Of a stretch of 64,000 bases of DNA, positions 23,730 to 36,424 are shown piece after piece. The stretch lies in the NCBI RefSeq assembly GCF_032444005.1, contig NC_091282.1:655898001-655962000 (forward strand). Direction: 5' to 3'. Each line of letters opens with the position of its first letter. Positions within the stretch are counted from its first letter, which is position 1. The DNA comes from Ranitomeya imitator. Lineage: Eukaryota. The notes below the pieces were generated by a model. It saw only the letters and a list, made by a program, of their open reading frames with translations. It did not search any database and was not told the origin of the DNA. Position numbers and translations under genes: made by a program.

Positions 23730-24023
23730 TCACATCACAACACTTTCCACGGGGATGTCGCAGTAATGTTCCACTGTCTCTATCTCAGTCATCTCTGTGC
23801 CCTGTAACTCCTCGGTGGAGATGATAATGGTGTCTCCGTCGCCCACCACCGTGAAGCTGTCCCCGTTGATGTGTTGTCGGGCCAGATTCTCCAGCCTCAC
23901 GCGGTACTCCTCCGCCTCCTGCTCCTTCTCCAGGAGCTGCTGCCGGAATTCCTGTGCCCTTACGTTCGCTTCGTGCAGCTGCTGCTGGAGAAGCTTCCTG
24001 GCGTCCTCGTCGTGATTGTTGTC
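23730..24023 (-). CDS. GABPB2: GABPB2 coding exon 8 (last): coiled-coil/leucine zipper and acidic tail
   Basis: DNNHDEDARKLLQQQLHEANVRAQEFRQQLLEKEQEAEEYRVRLE...VVM*; AG acceptor at 24024-24025; phase 0. Confidence 0.92.
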   Translation of the reverse strand, partial: DNNHDEDARKLLQQQLHEANVRAQEFRQQLLEKEQEAEEYRVRLENLARQHINGDSFTVVGDGDTIIISTEELQGTEMTEIETVEHYCDIPVESVVM

Positions 24024-24124
24024 CTGGATGGAAGACGAGATAAAGGAATTAACCGCTACCAAATTCTTCCTCTCCTACTCTCTCCTTTCCCCACTGGTTC
24101 GCCCCTGAGCATCAGTCTCCTCAC

Positions 24125-24237
24125 CATTTTCTTTGCTGTAGCATTCTCCACCATTTCTAAGCGAGGTTTTTTGGCTGGATGCAAGTCTTCCTCAGTAATC
24201 ACCTCCTCTATCACCTCTTCCTCCGGGATGGTGACAA
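24125..24237 (-). CDS. GABPB2: GABPB2 coding exon 7 (113 bp, includes the NLS-like HPAKKPRL)
   Basis: AG/GT boundaries; phase 1 in, phase 0 out. Confidence 0.85.
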
Positions 24238-24317
24238 CTGTAAACAAAATGGTAACAGTTACATGTGGCACCCGCCCTTCCTTCTCTCTGGCCGCTCTAT
24301 ACACTAGGTCTACTCAC

Positions 24318-24497
24318 CTTGCTCCCCATTTTGTATGGTCACTAGGAGCGGATGCTGGATGTGATCAGCAGTAAACCCCCCATGCAGGTTTCCAAGTCCT
24401 ACGCCATCCGTCACAATGGTGATCACCCTCTGGCCTCTGTTCTGCATAATCTGCCCCACGGAGGAGCCAGCAGAATCCACGAGCTCTGTGGTGGAGC
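24318..24497 (-). CDS. GABPB2: GABPB2 coding exon 6 (180 bp)
   Basis: GQRVITIVTDGV motif conserved in GABP-beta; CAG acceptor and GTGAGT donor; phase 1. Confidence 0.9.
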
Positions 24498-24576
24498 CTG
24501 GAAAACAATACTTTTATGAGTTAAAGTCTAGAAAAAAATAAATATAAGATCTAACTTGGGCGAGGGTAACACTCAC

Positions 24577-24687
24577 CAGCTGTAAAGTCTGAGCCAGATA
24601 TAGGGGCGGAGGCCTCTGCCAGTGCTGCTAGTGTGGCCAGCACAGAGTTGGGGTTGGTAATCTCTATGGTGCCTCCATTGCTGTTGA
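24577..24687 (-). CDS. GABPB2: GABPB2 coding exon 5 (111 bp)
   Basis: SVLATLAALAEASAP motif; CAG acceptor and GTGAGT donor. Confidence 0.9.
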
Positions 24688-24759
24688 CTGCAATAGAAAA
24701 AAACATTACAAAGGGACTGAACCATCAGAGAGTGCAGGACTATGCCCTTTACGTCGTAC

Positions 24760-24898
24760 CTGTAGTAGTGGTCAGGTTAGACGCAGACACCAGACTGGAC
24801 AGATCTCGGGGCGTCAGGATGATCTGCGGCGAGGAGACAGTGATGGCGTTGGTCCTGGACGGCTGAGTGTGGAAGTGTCCCTGTCCTTGCATAGTTTC
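24760..24898 (-). CDS. GABPB2: GABPB2 coding exon 4 (139 bp)
   Basis: ETMQGQ...DLSSLVSASNLTTTT; CAG acceptor and GTACGA donor; the frame joins the neighbouring exons. Confidence 0.8.
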
Positions 24899-25534
24899 CT
24901 GTGGTGAAAGAGGAGCGATCACGTGATTGAGCAAAGCTCGAAGGTTGAATACTCTTGACCACCGATATGCCTTTTATTGGCAGCTGTTCAGGGGCATTAG
25001 TCCGCAGAGTTAGTTTTTAACACTGCTGAAGAATTAAGAGTATAGCGCCGGGCGGCGTCAATTCCCACAGGTGTCACCTGTATAATGATAGCTGACACCC
25101 TGCAGTATCTGCCCCGAGATTATCGGGGGTGGATAATCCCCTTAAACACTGCTGTCAATTGTGAGAGCAGTAATTTTTTTTATTTTTTTATTTTTTAAAC
25201 ACACTGTGCAGAAATAAATGTAAGACCTATTCTTGTACTGCTGTTTATTTGTTCATTCTGAATGTTGGAACATGGCTTGGCTCACATTTATCCTGGACTC
25301 CCTGCTGAGCGCTTACAGCAGGGTTTCTGTGTAAACACCCCAAAACCGCGACTCACACAACAACCTGGACAGAGCCACTCACTTATGAGGCAGATGGAGT
25401 CACTTTGGACTGGTCTTTGTTCCGGCATCGTACCATCATGTTAGGCGCCTTTTTAGAGCGCAAGTGTGGGCGACCACAGATTTGTGCATGCCCAAAAAGA
25501 TGAATACCATCGGAGAAGATGCAAAACAGACTAA

Positions 25535-26232
25535 GGCTATGTGCGCAAGTTGCGGATTTGCTTGTGTAAATTTCTGCGAGGTCTCTGCCTCTCTTTGACT
25601 ATTCTCCCATCATCGGCTCATGCTGTCACTGTTATATGTGACAACAGACATAGCTGGATGGGAGTAGTAGTCTTATCAGACGACGCCTGGGTACACACAC
25701 ACACACACACTCTCTTCCTCCTTTTGACATTTCCTTTCTGCAGCGTTTTTGGCACGCAAACATGCAGCAAATCCGAAAAACCTTTTGGGGCTGTGCACAC
25801 GTCAGGATTTTCTCAGGATTTTCTCAGGATTTTCTCAGGATTTGTAGCCAAAACCAGGAGTGGGTGATAAATGCAGAAGTGGTGCATATGTTTCTATTAT
25901 ACTTTTCCTCTAATTGTTCCACTCCTGGTTTTGGCTACAAATCCTGATGAGAAAATCCTGAGAAAATCCTGAGAAAATCCTGAGAAAATCCTGACGTGTG
26001 CACAGCCCCTTTTACACCTGTGGTTTGGCTGTGTATTTGACTGACAACTCACGCTGCAGATCCGCAAAAAGAATTGACATGCTGTGGAAAATAAAACGCT
26101 GCGAATCAGGACAGAATTTTCCGCAGCATATGCTGACCAATTCTGGATTCCCATTTACATTGCCTTTGCGGATTTGGTGCAATTCTACACAGAAAAAAAA
26201 ACGCTGTGGATCCGCAACGTGTGCACATAGCC
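25535..26232. mobile_element. PIF/Harbinger-type MITE with a nested chimeric MITE at ~25787-26009
   Basis: GGCTATGTGCGCAAGTTGCGGAT / ATCCGCAACGTGTGCACATAGCC; TAA TSD (25532-25534, 26233-26235). Confidence 0.8.
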
Positions 26233-27310
26233 TAAAGTGTCTCCATCTGCCTCATTAAAAAGGTGGGTGTGTTCAGTTTGGGTTTTTTTGTGTATCGCAA
26301 TTTTGTGGGATTTACACAGCAACCCAGAGATAAGTGCAGAGTGTAGAATGCAAGAATGTAATCCCAGCCTTGAAAAGATTGAAAATTATTATTTTACAAT
26401 TCTGACCACTGTCCCTTTATGAGGTAATAACTCGAACGCTTCCATGGATCCCGGTGATCCTGACATTGTTTTCTCGTGACATTTTACTTCACGATAGTGG
26501 TAACATTTCTTTGATATGACTTGCGCTTGTGAAAACGTAAATTTGGCAAAAATTTCGCAATTTTCCAACTTTGAATTTTCATGCCCTTAAATCACAGAGA
26601 TATGTCACAAAATGCTTAATAAGTAACATTTCCCACATGTCTACTTTACATCAGCACAATTTTTGGAACCAAAATTTTTTTTGTTAGGAAGTTATAAGGG
26701 TCAAAAGTTGACCAGAGATTTCTCATTTTCACAACACTTTTTTTTTTTGAGGGGGACATCACATTTGAAGTTACTTTGAGGGGTCTATATGAGAAAATAC
26801 CCAAGTGTGACACCATTCTAAAAACTGCACCCCTTAAGGTAATCAAAACCACATTCAAGAAGTTTATTAACCCTTCAGGTGTTTCACAGGAATTTTTGGA
26901 ATGTTTATTTAAAAAATTAAATAAATAAATATGAACATTTGACTTTTTTTTTTCTTCTTCTTTCACAAATTTTTTTTTTACTTCAGATCCAACTTGTTTT
27001 ATTTTACCAAGGGAAACCGGAGAAATTGGTCCTCAAAAGATGTTGTGCAATTTGTCCTGAGTACGCCGATACCCCATATGTGGGGGTAAACCACTGTTTG
27101 GGCGCAAGGGAGAGCTCGGAAGGGAAGGAGCACGGTTTTACTTTTTCAACGCAGAATTGGCTGGAATTGAGACCGGATGCCATGTCGCGTTTGGAGAGCC
27201 CCTGATGTGCCTAAAGTGGAAACCCCCCAATTATAACTCCATCTCCATCCTAACACACCCCTAACACGCCCCTAGACCTAATCCCAACCTGCCCCTAACT
27301 ACATCCCTAA

Positions 27311-27777
27311 GGCTGCTTTCACAAATCAGTTTTTTTGCCATCAGTCACAATCCGTCGAATGTTGGAAAAAAACAAAACTGATGTGTTGCAGATTTTGAAA
27401 AACCGATGTGATGGATCTGTTTTTTGACTGATCCGACTAGCTGATCCAACTAACTGGATAAAAAAACAAAACAAAAAAAACCCTGAATCAGTCACCGGAT
27501 TCCATCATTTGACGGATCTGGCCCCATAGGGTTCCATTCTAGCAAACGATGGTTGGTGTTGGATCCGTCGCTGTCCGTTTTCTCCAGCCACCAGAAAACC
27601 CAATTTGATTCGGCAAAAAAAAAAAAAAATGGATGAAACGTGAGGCCATCCGTCGCTAATACAAGTCTATGAGAAAAATCTGTTGCGGAAGCAACTTTTG
27701 CCGGATAAGTTTTTGTTTTGTTTTTAAAATTCACCGGATTGTGACTGACGGCAAAAAACTGATGTGTGGAAGCAGCC
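27311..27777. mobile_element. PIF/Harbinger-type MITE
   Basis: GGCTGCTTTCACAAATCAGTTTTTTTGCC / GGCAAAAAACTGATGTGTGGAAGCAGCC; TAA TSD. Confidence 0.8.
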
Positions 27778-28075
27778 TAACCCTAATCCCAACACAAATG
27801 CATGTCGGGGCATCTGTGGTAAATAATAAATGTCATAGCAAAGAAATTTTACCACCATCATGAAGTATAATAGGTCATCGGAAAAAAAAAACTCGATCAG
27901 TGGGATCCATTGAATCATTCCAGAGTTATTACCACAAAAAGTGACACTGATAAGAACTAAAAAAGTTTGGCCTAGTCATTAAGGTCAAAATTGGCTCATT
28001 CACTAAAGGGTTAAACACATTTACTGGCACCAGTATCTGTAATGGAGAGCCGCACGAAAATGCAGACTGCCTCAC

Positions 28076-28270
28076 CTGTAAGGTAATCAGCAGCTCAGGG
28101 TAGTTTCGGTCGAGGGCGATATCAAACGGTGTTTTTCCAAACTTGCTCTGGAGGTTGACATCAGCCCCATTGTTGATGAGCAGCTCCACCACATCTTGGT
28201 GATTGTGCTCCGTCGCCCAGTGCAGCGCTGTCATCTCCAGCATGTCTTTGGCATTGATGTTGGCGCCGTT
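28076..28270 (-). CDS. GABPB2: GABPB2 coding exon 3 (195 bp, ankyrin repeats)
   Basis: [52 protein letters not shown]; AG/GT boundaries. Confidence 0.95.
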
Positions 28271-28355
28271 CTAAAAAAGGGGAACCACCACAATTAATAA
28301 CCAATTAGGAAGAGGAGATGGGTGAGCGGACTGCACCCGGTGGGTGTGGCCACAC

Positions 28356-28523
28356 CTTGATCAGTAAATCCACAATGAGAGTGTGTCCCTCGGCAGCCGC
28401 CATGTGCAGGGGAGTCCGGTCCACCTTGGTCCGGGCGTCTCGGCTGATCCCTGCCTGCAGGAGAACCTTTACCGTGGAGAAGTGTCCGCACTGAGCAGCG
28501 AGATGAAGAGGAGACGTCCCGAG
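28356..28523 (-). CDS. GABPB2: GABPB2 coding exon 2 (168 bp, ankyrin repeats)
   Basis: [56 protein letters not shown]; CAG/GT boundaries. Confidence 0.95.
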
Positions 28524-28732
28524 CTGGAAGACAAGTTACATCACCATCATATGTCAGTATCTCCGCTACGTGTAGCAACAGTTCTCAAGCGTACTGGAGA
28601 CAGTTACACATGTAGATCCATTAAAATTAGTGGTCTGCGCACGTGTCAGTGTGTTTCCACGGACATGTGTATCCATGGGCAAAAACACGTTGATATGTGC
28701 ATAATTTTTTTTTTACAGCAGCACAGGCCACA

Positions 28733-31700
28733 AAAACAGGATTTTTGGTTGCTTATCGTAAAATCTGTTTCTCGGAGCCTTCATTGGGGGACACAGGAAC
28801 CCATGGTGTATGCTGCTGCCACTAGGAGGCTGACACTATGTACAAAAAAAGTTAGCTCCTCCTCTGCATTGTACAGCCCACCGACTGGCATTATGAACTT
28901 CAGTTAGTGAGAAAGAAGAGAAAAACGATAAGATTGAGATAATCACAAACATGAGAACTGTAAACATGACAACAGTCATACAACCACATAAATTGAATAA
29001 CATGGGAGGGTGCTGTGTCCCCCAATGAAGGCTCCGAGAAACAGATTTTACGGTAAGCAACCAAAAATCCTGTTTTCTCTATCGCCTCTTTGGGGGACAC
29101 AGGAAACCATGGGACGTCCCAAAGCAGTCCCTGGCAGGGCTGTGGAGTCGGAGTTAGTTTTGGTTGGAGTCGGAGTCAGAGTCGGTAGAAATGTACCGAC
29201 TCCATGCTTAAAAATTTTTTTTTTTTTTTTTTAAATGTATTAATATTTCATAATTGAACTTTCATATGAATTTTTATAAATGTTACTCAAATATATATGT
29301 TCTATCAAACTATGAACAATAGTGATAAGCAGATAAGAACACAGCCAGTACATTTCAGCAGAATTTTTCATGTGCACTAAAAGAAATTGAGAAATTTGAC
29401 CGTTCATCAAAAATAACAGTGCAACAAGCGATTCCTCTGTATCCTGACATTGTCAGAGATGTTGCCCGAGTGGTTACTGCTTTGCCACCAACCCAAGTTA
29501 GTGTAGAGAGGTTGTTCTCTGCTCTCAAATAATTAGATCAGATTTGAGGGCATCCATGAAGGAGGATCTGACAGAGGCAATACTTTTTCTGAGGACAAAT
29601 TTATAGATTTCTTCTTATTAACTGCATAAGTGTTTATTGCATATTTACTTACAAGAGTTTAGAAAAGTTTATAAAAGTTATTTGCTATATTCTAATTGTA
29701 TTCTAATAAATATAGTTTTTGCTCTAAGTGGTCTGATCACTTATATGATGGTGAGAAACTGAATAAGCATGATGTTAATATTTGACAACAGTAAATTTAT
29801 TGTTACGAATTGGCCATTTATGAAGGAGCCGGAGTCGGAGCCGGAACCTGATAAAATCCAGGAGTCAGAGTTGCAACTGTGGCTTACCGACTCCACAGCC
29901 CTGGTCCCTGGGGTGGGAAAATCACTGCCACCTGCGAGATCCTTCTGCCAAGGCTGGCATCTCGCCACTGCGAGAGGATCGCGGGACCTTGGAACAACAC
30001 GAGGGACTTTCCTGTTCATTCAGGACGCCGTGAGGTCCTCTTCCGGAATCCCCATCGAGGAAAAATCTGATGGAAGACCTCCTGAAGCAAGGACCATTCC
30101 CCTGCCGCGAGGCCCTTGCGGCTGAGGAAGACGGCGGTCCAATTGTCCCCGCCGGGGGATCTGCACCACGGATATCACCAGGAGCGTTGCCTCTTCCCAA
30201 AGGAGGATCTTGGAAACCTTGGCCGAGAACTCAGAGTTCCCCCCTGGTGGTTGACATATGCTACTGCTGTGGCATGGTCTGTCTGGATTCGAATTGGCAG
30301 ACCCCTAAGAATCCTTACCCAGTGAAGAAGAGACAGAAAGATGGCCTGGAACTCGAGGACATTTATCGGCAGAGAGGTCTCCTGCGCCGACCCTGAACAG
30401 TCAGGTGACAAAGCCCCGCACCCCAGCCGAGCAGGCTGGCGTCCGCCGTCACCTCCTGAAAGAGAACTGGAAGAATCTGCCCTAGGATATGAGAGGCGAC
30501 GTCGGCCACCAGTTGAGGAACCGTTTGACCCGTGGAGAAAGCCGGATTGGACGATCCAGGGAGAAGACAGACCTGTCCCACTGCGATAGAACAGCCTGCT
30601 GAAGAGGTCTTGAGAGAAACGGGCGAAGGGAAATTGCTTCCAATGTTGCAACCATCCTCCCCTCCGATGGCCGATCGGAAAGGAGGGAAGCTGAGAACCA
30701 TGGAGCAAGCGAACTTCCCGACGAAGGAGGGATATCTTGTCTTCGGGAAGGCAGACTCTGGTCCGACGAGTGTCGAAGAGCATGCCCAGAAATACGAGGC
30801 GCTGAGAAGGAACAAGACAGGACTTCTTCCTGTTGACGAGCCACTCGAAACGGGCTAGAGTGTCGAGAACGGTGGATAGACTTTCGGAAGCCTGAGACAG
30901 AAGTTCCTGAGCCTCCATGGAAGCGATTACCGAATGAAAGGATTCCATCCTGAGGTGTCTCAGACGAACCGTCTTATTCAGCAATTTGAGATTCAGACTG
31001 GGACGAACCTTGTCGTCCTTTTTCGGTACCACAAAAAGATTCCAACAGAAGCCTGTGAACCGTTCCTTATCTGGGATGGGAACGATTACCACAGATTTGA
31101 GGAGGGAAGCAATGGCTGCAAAGAAACCCGGGACTAGAGCGGGGTCTCTTGGAGGTTGGGATTCGAAGAAACGATCCCGGGGCCTTGAAATGAATCTATT
31201 TTGTATCCAGAGGATACAGGTTCCGTGACCCATGCGTCCACAACTGAGGAGACCCAGACGTCCCTGAAGAAGAGGAGATTGCTGCCCAGCCTGGGAAAAA
31301 GGCTGGGGTCTAGTCGGGAGTCATGCCGAGGTGGATCTTCCAGTCCTAGACCTGGAGGATCTACCATGGGAGTAGTGGGAACGCCAGGAAGGAGTGGGTT
31401 TGAAAGATACCCTCTTCTCTTAACGTGCCTGTGGCCTCTGCTGTTGGGAAAAGGAATCTGATGCCACGAAACAACGAAGAAGGCCGAAAAGACCAAAGTT
31501 GCCGCTTTGGGGGAGGTCGGCGAGGTCTGGACTGGGGAAGGAGGGAACTGGTGCCCGGTTGGCGTCCTTAATAATTTGGTCCAGCATGGAACCGAAAGAC
31601 GTGAACCTTGAAAAGGCAGGCTGGTAAGGGACTTTGATGACAAATCCGCCTGCCAGGCCTTGAGCCAAGTGGTGCGAGGGCTGGCAACAACATTGCTGGA

Positions 31701-33204
31701 CACCTGAGCGGCACAAGACGCGGTGTCCAGGGAAGCGGAAACCAAATATTCCTCAGCGTGAGTAATCCGGATGGCAAGTTCCGCCAGCCGTTCTGGTGGA
31801 GCTCCCGCTTGAATGCCCCAACGGAGTTGTTTAGCCCATTCGGATACAGACTTCGAATGAGGAGCAAATACCTTGGAAGATAGTTTAAACCGTCTAAACG
31901 AAACCTGGTTCCATAGAGGAATCTTTGATGCCACAGGTCTGATTGATCGCTCCTATGAGGCTTTGAATCATATCCCTCATGCTGGCGATTTGGTTAGAAT
32001 CCGACTCCCAATTATCCTCCAAAGGCGCATCAGAGAAAGCCTCGCCTGACTCCGGGTAGGAGGACCAGGGGAAATTCGACCACAGAGAAGGACCGTGGAC
32101 TCAGACCGGCGTTCCTGTCTGGATCTTTGCGGCCTAAATTGGAAGTCTCGGACGGAGCTTCCAGCGACCCGCTGGCTACTACGGAAGTTTGCAGGGGCAA
32201 CTGATCGATCACGGACACAAGGGTCTGGGACACCCGTGTGAGATCCGCTACTGATCGAGACAGAGAGGAGGCCCAGCCTAGGGTGGGGACTTCGCTCTCA
32301 GGCGGAATGGCAGGAGAGTCCTGGGCGGTGGGCATAATGAGGTTGCTGCCGGCCTGACAGAGGAGCTTGCAGTTACAAGACAAAACACGCAAAGTGTTTC
32401 ACTAAGGCACAGGAAGTAGGGAAAAGATAGGAGGCCGGGAGCGACCTCCCTTTAGGATTAGACATGACGAACGGGCCCCTGAGAATGCCAGAAGGTTAGG
32501 GGACAGGGAGGCAGGGGAGAGTGTCAGTCTGCAGTGCAGAGCTACTCACAGCAGATGCTGCAGTTTCCAGATGGAAGGCTGCACGGCTTGGAAGATTCTC
32601 CTCAGGAATGATAGCCCTTAGGAGAACAGGCAGTCACACACTCTTGTCCGGAACTTGCTGCAGGCCTGGAGAAAAGCGTTCCCGGGACTGAAATGAGTAC
32701 ATGCAGCGGCACGGCGAGTGGTGGGCGGAATACTCACCTAAAAAAAATCCCACGCCGTCCTTAGTAAACCTCAATCCGGGGAAGATATCAGACGTCCAGG
32801 GAGCTGATGGACGTCCTCGTCTCTGCAACCTACAGGCTCTGGTGGGCGAGTGGGTGGGGGACGTTGCTAGGACAAGACTTCTAAGCATGCTTGTGTGCTA
32901 GGATCTTGGTCCTGCTGTGGGATCTATGAGGATACGGGGTGGCAGTACACACCGTACTCATAGTCCGTATTGTGGGATTACAGGTGTGACTGTTCACCCT
33001 GTATCCCTCCGGAAAATCTGAAAAGGAACGACGCACATTGAGTTAGACTACTGACACTAAGCTAAACTGAAGTTCATAATGCCAGTTGGTGGGGTGTACA
33101 CTGCAGAGGAGGAGCTAACTTTTTTGTGTGCATAGTGTCAGCCTCCTAGTGACAGCAGCATACACCATGGTTTCCCATGTCCCCCAATGAGGCGATAGAG
33201 AAAA
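28733..33204 (-). mobile_element. Second DIRS1-type retrotransposon (intronic), lacking the recombinase and interrupted by a hAT
   Basis: Terminal inverted repeats (~33062-33204, ~28733-28900) and ICR (~29012-29115). Minus-strand gag (31134-31934) and RT/RNase H (30175-31233: CWNLFVVPKKDDKVRPSLNLKLLN, IRIQTDHATAVAYVNHQGG). No YR text between ~29930 and the ICR. Confidence 0.9.
29135..29903 (+). mobile_element. Non-autonomous hAT deletion derivative retaining the transposase C-terminal dimerisation domain
   Basis: TIR CAGGGCTGTGGAGTCGG / CCGACTCCACAGCCCTG; 8-bp TSD GTCCCTGG (29127-29134, 29904-29911). About 29440-29610 translates as VTALPPTQVSVERLFSALK...EDLTEAILFLRTN. Confidence 0.9.
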
Positions 33205-34959
33205 GTCCTGCACACATGCATACTGATTACACACGGATAACATCCGTGTGCCGTATCAGTGTGACACATACTGGTGCCTGGGGAAAGTCATACATGCCGC
33301 ACTGTTCCCAGGAACTGAAGGCTTGTCACATCATTCTCACCTGGTCTCCCTGAGATCAGCACGACTAAGTGCCAAATAGTGGGAGTTGTGTTCAGCACCC
33401 ACTGTGTACATCGTGGACTAGAACATTCAAAAAACAAAGTTGTGTAGGCTTCCGCATAATTTTAATAACCAGCCGAGAGAAGGCTGAATGCAGGGGGCTG
33501 ATGTTAATCTGGGAAAGGGGGCCAATATCCCAAAAGGTTTCCAGGCTATTAAAAACTAAACTTTTAGTTTAACCTTTACTGGTTTGTTTATGGGGGGGGA
33601 CCCCAGAAAAAGACAAAACAACTTAGGATTCCCCTATCATTTCTAACTAGCAAACGCTAAGCAGACAGCTGTGGGGGTTATTTTATAGATGCCTCTCGAT
33701 TACTAACCCCTGGGCTTGATGTCAGTGGCCATAAAACAGCTGACATTAACCCCATTAACCCACTTGCCACCACACCAGGACAAGTGGGAAGAGCGAGGCC
33801 AAGCACATCTCATGGATGTCCCATTTCTGGGACGGCTGATGATGTTCTTAGCCTGAGAGGAGTCCCAATATCCCTTGCCCCTTCCCAGCCTATTAATATC
33901 AGTCCACAGCTGTCTGTTTAGCCTTTGCTGGTTACAAAGTAAGAACAAAGTAAAGGCTAAGCAAACAGCTGTGAGCCTTGGAACCTTTTGGGATATTTGC
34001 CCCTTTCCCAGATTATTATCAGCCCCCTGCGGTAGGCTTTTCCTCTGCTGGTTATGAAAAAAAAAATCACAAGGAAGCCCACACTTTTTTATTATTTATT
34101 TAACACACCATGTTCACAGCAGGTGTTGAATTCAACTCCCACCATTGTTGTGATCTCAGGGAGACAATGAGGAGAGCAGCCTTCAGCACCCGATGCCTAG
34201 GAACAGCGTGAACTGTACTGCTTTTCTCTGGTGACGGTGTGTGTCACACTTATGTCACACATATGTAATGTTACACACAGACATGGATAGCAATAATACT
34301 GTTTTTCAAGTACCAGAAACATCAGGATGTGTGATGGGGCCTCAGGTGTATCCATCCAGTACATGGGACAAATGTGGTAGTGACCGGTGAGGGGTGCATA
34401 GGAGCAAAGTTATCTGTCCTTAATACTAGAGAGAAGACTCAGTTCAGCTCCCTGTTAACCGCTTAAATGCTGCTGTCAATCTCTGACAATGATCGGACCG
34501 TTCTGTCACCATCACCCCCCCACCCCTTTCCTGTGACCATATCGCCAATGGATTGGCATGGTAGCCAAGGGCCTACTAAAAAAAAAAAAATCAAAATGTC
34601 CTATGTGCCCCCTAAATGGTATGATCAATAAGAAAGAAAAAAAAAAAAAAAAGCCCACACTGCTTTATAAAATTACACGTCTTACAAGATGGTGACAAAC
34701 ATTTTTTATAATTAAAATACAGACTGTAAATACCAATGTAATATAATAAAATCTATACACGCTGGGTGTTGCTGTAGTTATCCTGATATGGAAACTTACC
34801 AGGACATAATTACCGCATAATAAATGCCGTAACGCAAGAAGAAAACCCCAAAACAATGGTGCAATTGAGTGGGGTTTTTTTTCCCTCATCACGCCATCCC
34901 ACTTGGAATATTTTTCCCCCATTTTCCAGTACATTATAAGATAAAATGAAAGGATTAAA

Positions 34960-36131
34960 AGGGAACCTGTCACACTCCCCGGCATTTGTAACTAAAAGAG
35001 CCACCTTGTGCAGCACTAATGCTGCATTCTGACAATGCGGCTCTATTAGTTATTGGTGGAGTAATTTCAGAAATAATCCATTCTATAATTTGTCCCAAAT
35101 ACCTTGAATCAGTCCTGGAGGCAGGTCTTCCCCCCCCCCCCCCTGCTGCAAACGCAGCACCGCCGTTACTCATGTCCTCTTGGCGCCGGCTCCTCAGCGG
35201 TGTTTTCAAATGAGCCGGCGCCTGCGCTCTTTTCTCATGCCTTGGGGCATGCGCAGTGAGCGCTGCCCGTCCTCTGTCCTCATTTGCAGTCTGACTGGGC
35301 CTGTGCGGCCGCCCTGCCTGAGATCCCGCCCCGCAGTGTCTTCTGACTTATTCTCACTGCGGGCCTGGGATTCCTGGGCATGCGCAGTGCATATCTAATC
35401 GCATGCCACGTCGATTAGGGATCAGCTGACTCCGCACAGTCTGAAGAAGGCGGAGGGAGATGAGTGAGAGGCTGAGGCTATGTGCACACAATGCGGATTT
35501 GCTGCGGATCCACAGCGGAGTTTTCTGTGCAGAAACGCTGAAGATCCGCACTGTGATGTACAGTATAGTGTTATTCTATGGGGGGGGGGGGGGGGGAAGC
35601 TGTGCAGATGGTACAGAAAAATCAGTGCGGAATTGCTGCGGATTTCAAAGAAGTGCATGTCACTTCTTTTGTGCGGATCTGCAGCGTTTCTGCACCCCTC
35701 CATGTTAAAAATCCACAGTGGCAAATCCGCAGCAATTCCGCGGCTGCAGATTATGCCAGGAGATGCGGATTTTGTGCAGAAAATTCTGCACTTCTTTTCT
35801 TACGTGTGCACATAGCCTTAGATATGCACTGCGCATGCCCAGGAATCCAAGCCCCGCAGTAAGAATAAATCAAAAGACACTGCGGGGCGGGGGTCTCAGG
35901 CAGGGCGGACGCACAGGCGCAGACAGCTAGACTGCAAATGAGGACAGAGGACGGGCAGCACTCACTGCGCATGCCCAAGGCACGAGAAAAGAGCGCAGGT
36001 GCCGGCTCATTTGAAAACAGAAGTTATAGCACCAATAACTAAAAGAGCCGCCTTGTCGTCATAATGCAGCATTAGTTCTGCACAAGGTGGCTCTTTTAGT
36101 TACAAACGCCTGGGTGGGTGACAGGTTCCCT
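34960..36131. mobile_element. Kolobok/T2-type foldback MITE with a nested Harbinger-type MITE (35476-35817)
   Basis: AGGGAACCTGTCAC / GTGACAGGTTCCCT ends in TTAA sites; long internal inverted arms. Confidence 0.8.
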
Positions 36132-36424
36132 TTAATTCACAAGTACAATTCGTCCCGCAGGGTCGGTTTTACACAAAATAAGAACATGCCAGTCACAGCC
36201 AGAAACGCCACTTGGCTCCACACATGGTGTTTTTTGCAGCAGTTTTTCACAAAAGCAAAAACTGCTGTGTTTTATAGCAAAGCAAAGTGAATGAGGTCTC
36301 AAAAATAGTCTGCATTTTTTTTTTTAAACCTTGCGTTTTGTATTTAATCTGCAGAACGTCAATTCTTTCAGTCGTTTTGACCCAATTTAACGAGGAAAAA
36401 AAAAAATGCACCAAAAATGTCTTA

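Noticed and set aside
23797-24374. Plus-strand ORFs of 72 and 167 aa (similarly 28383-28907)
   Set aside because: Antisense shadows of GABPB2 exons.
26400-28013. Large TTAA-ended piggyBac-like repeat segments (also within ~40424-45390)
   Set aside because: Clearly repetitive, but I could not pair both termini with a TSD, so they are not listed as features.
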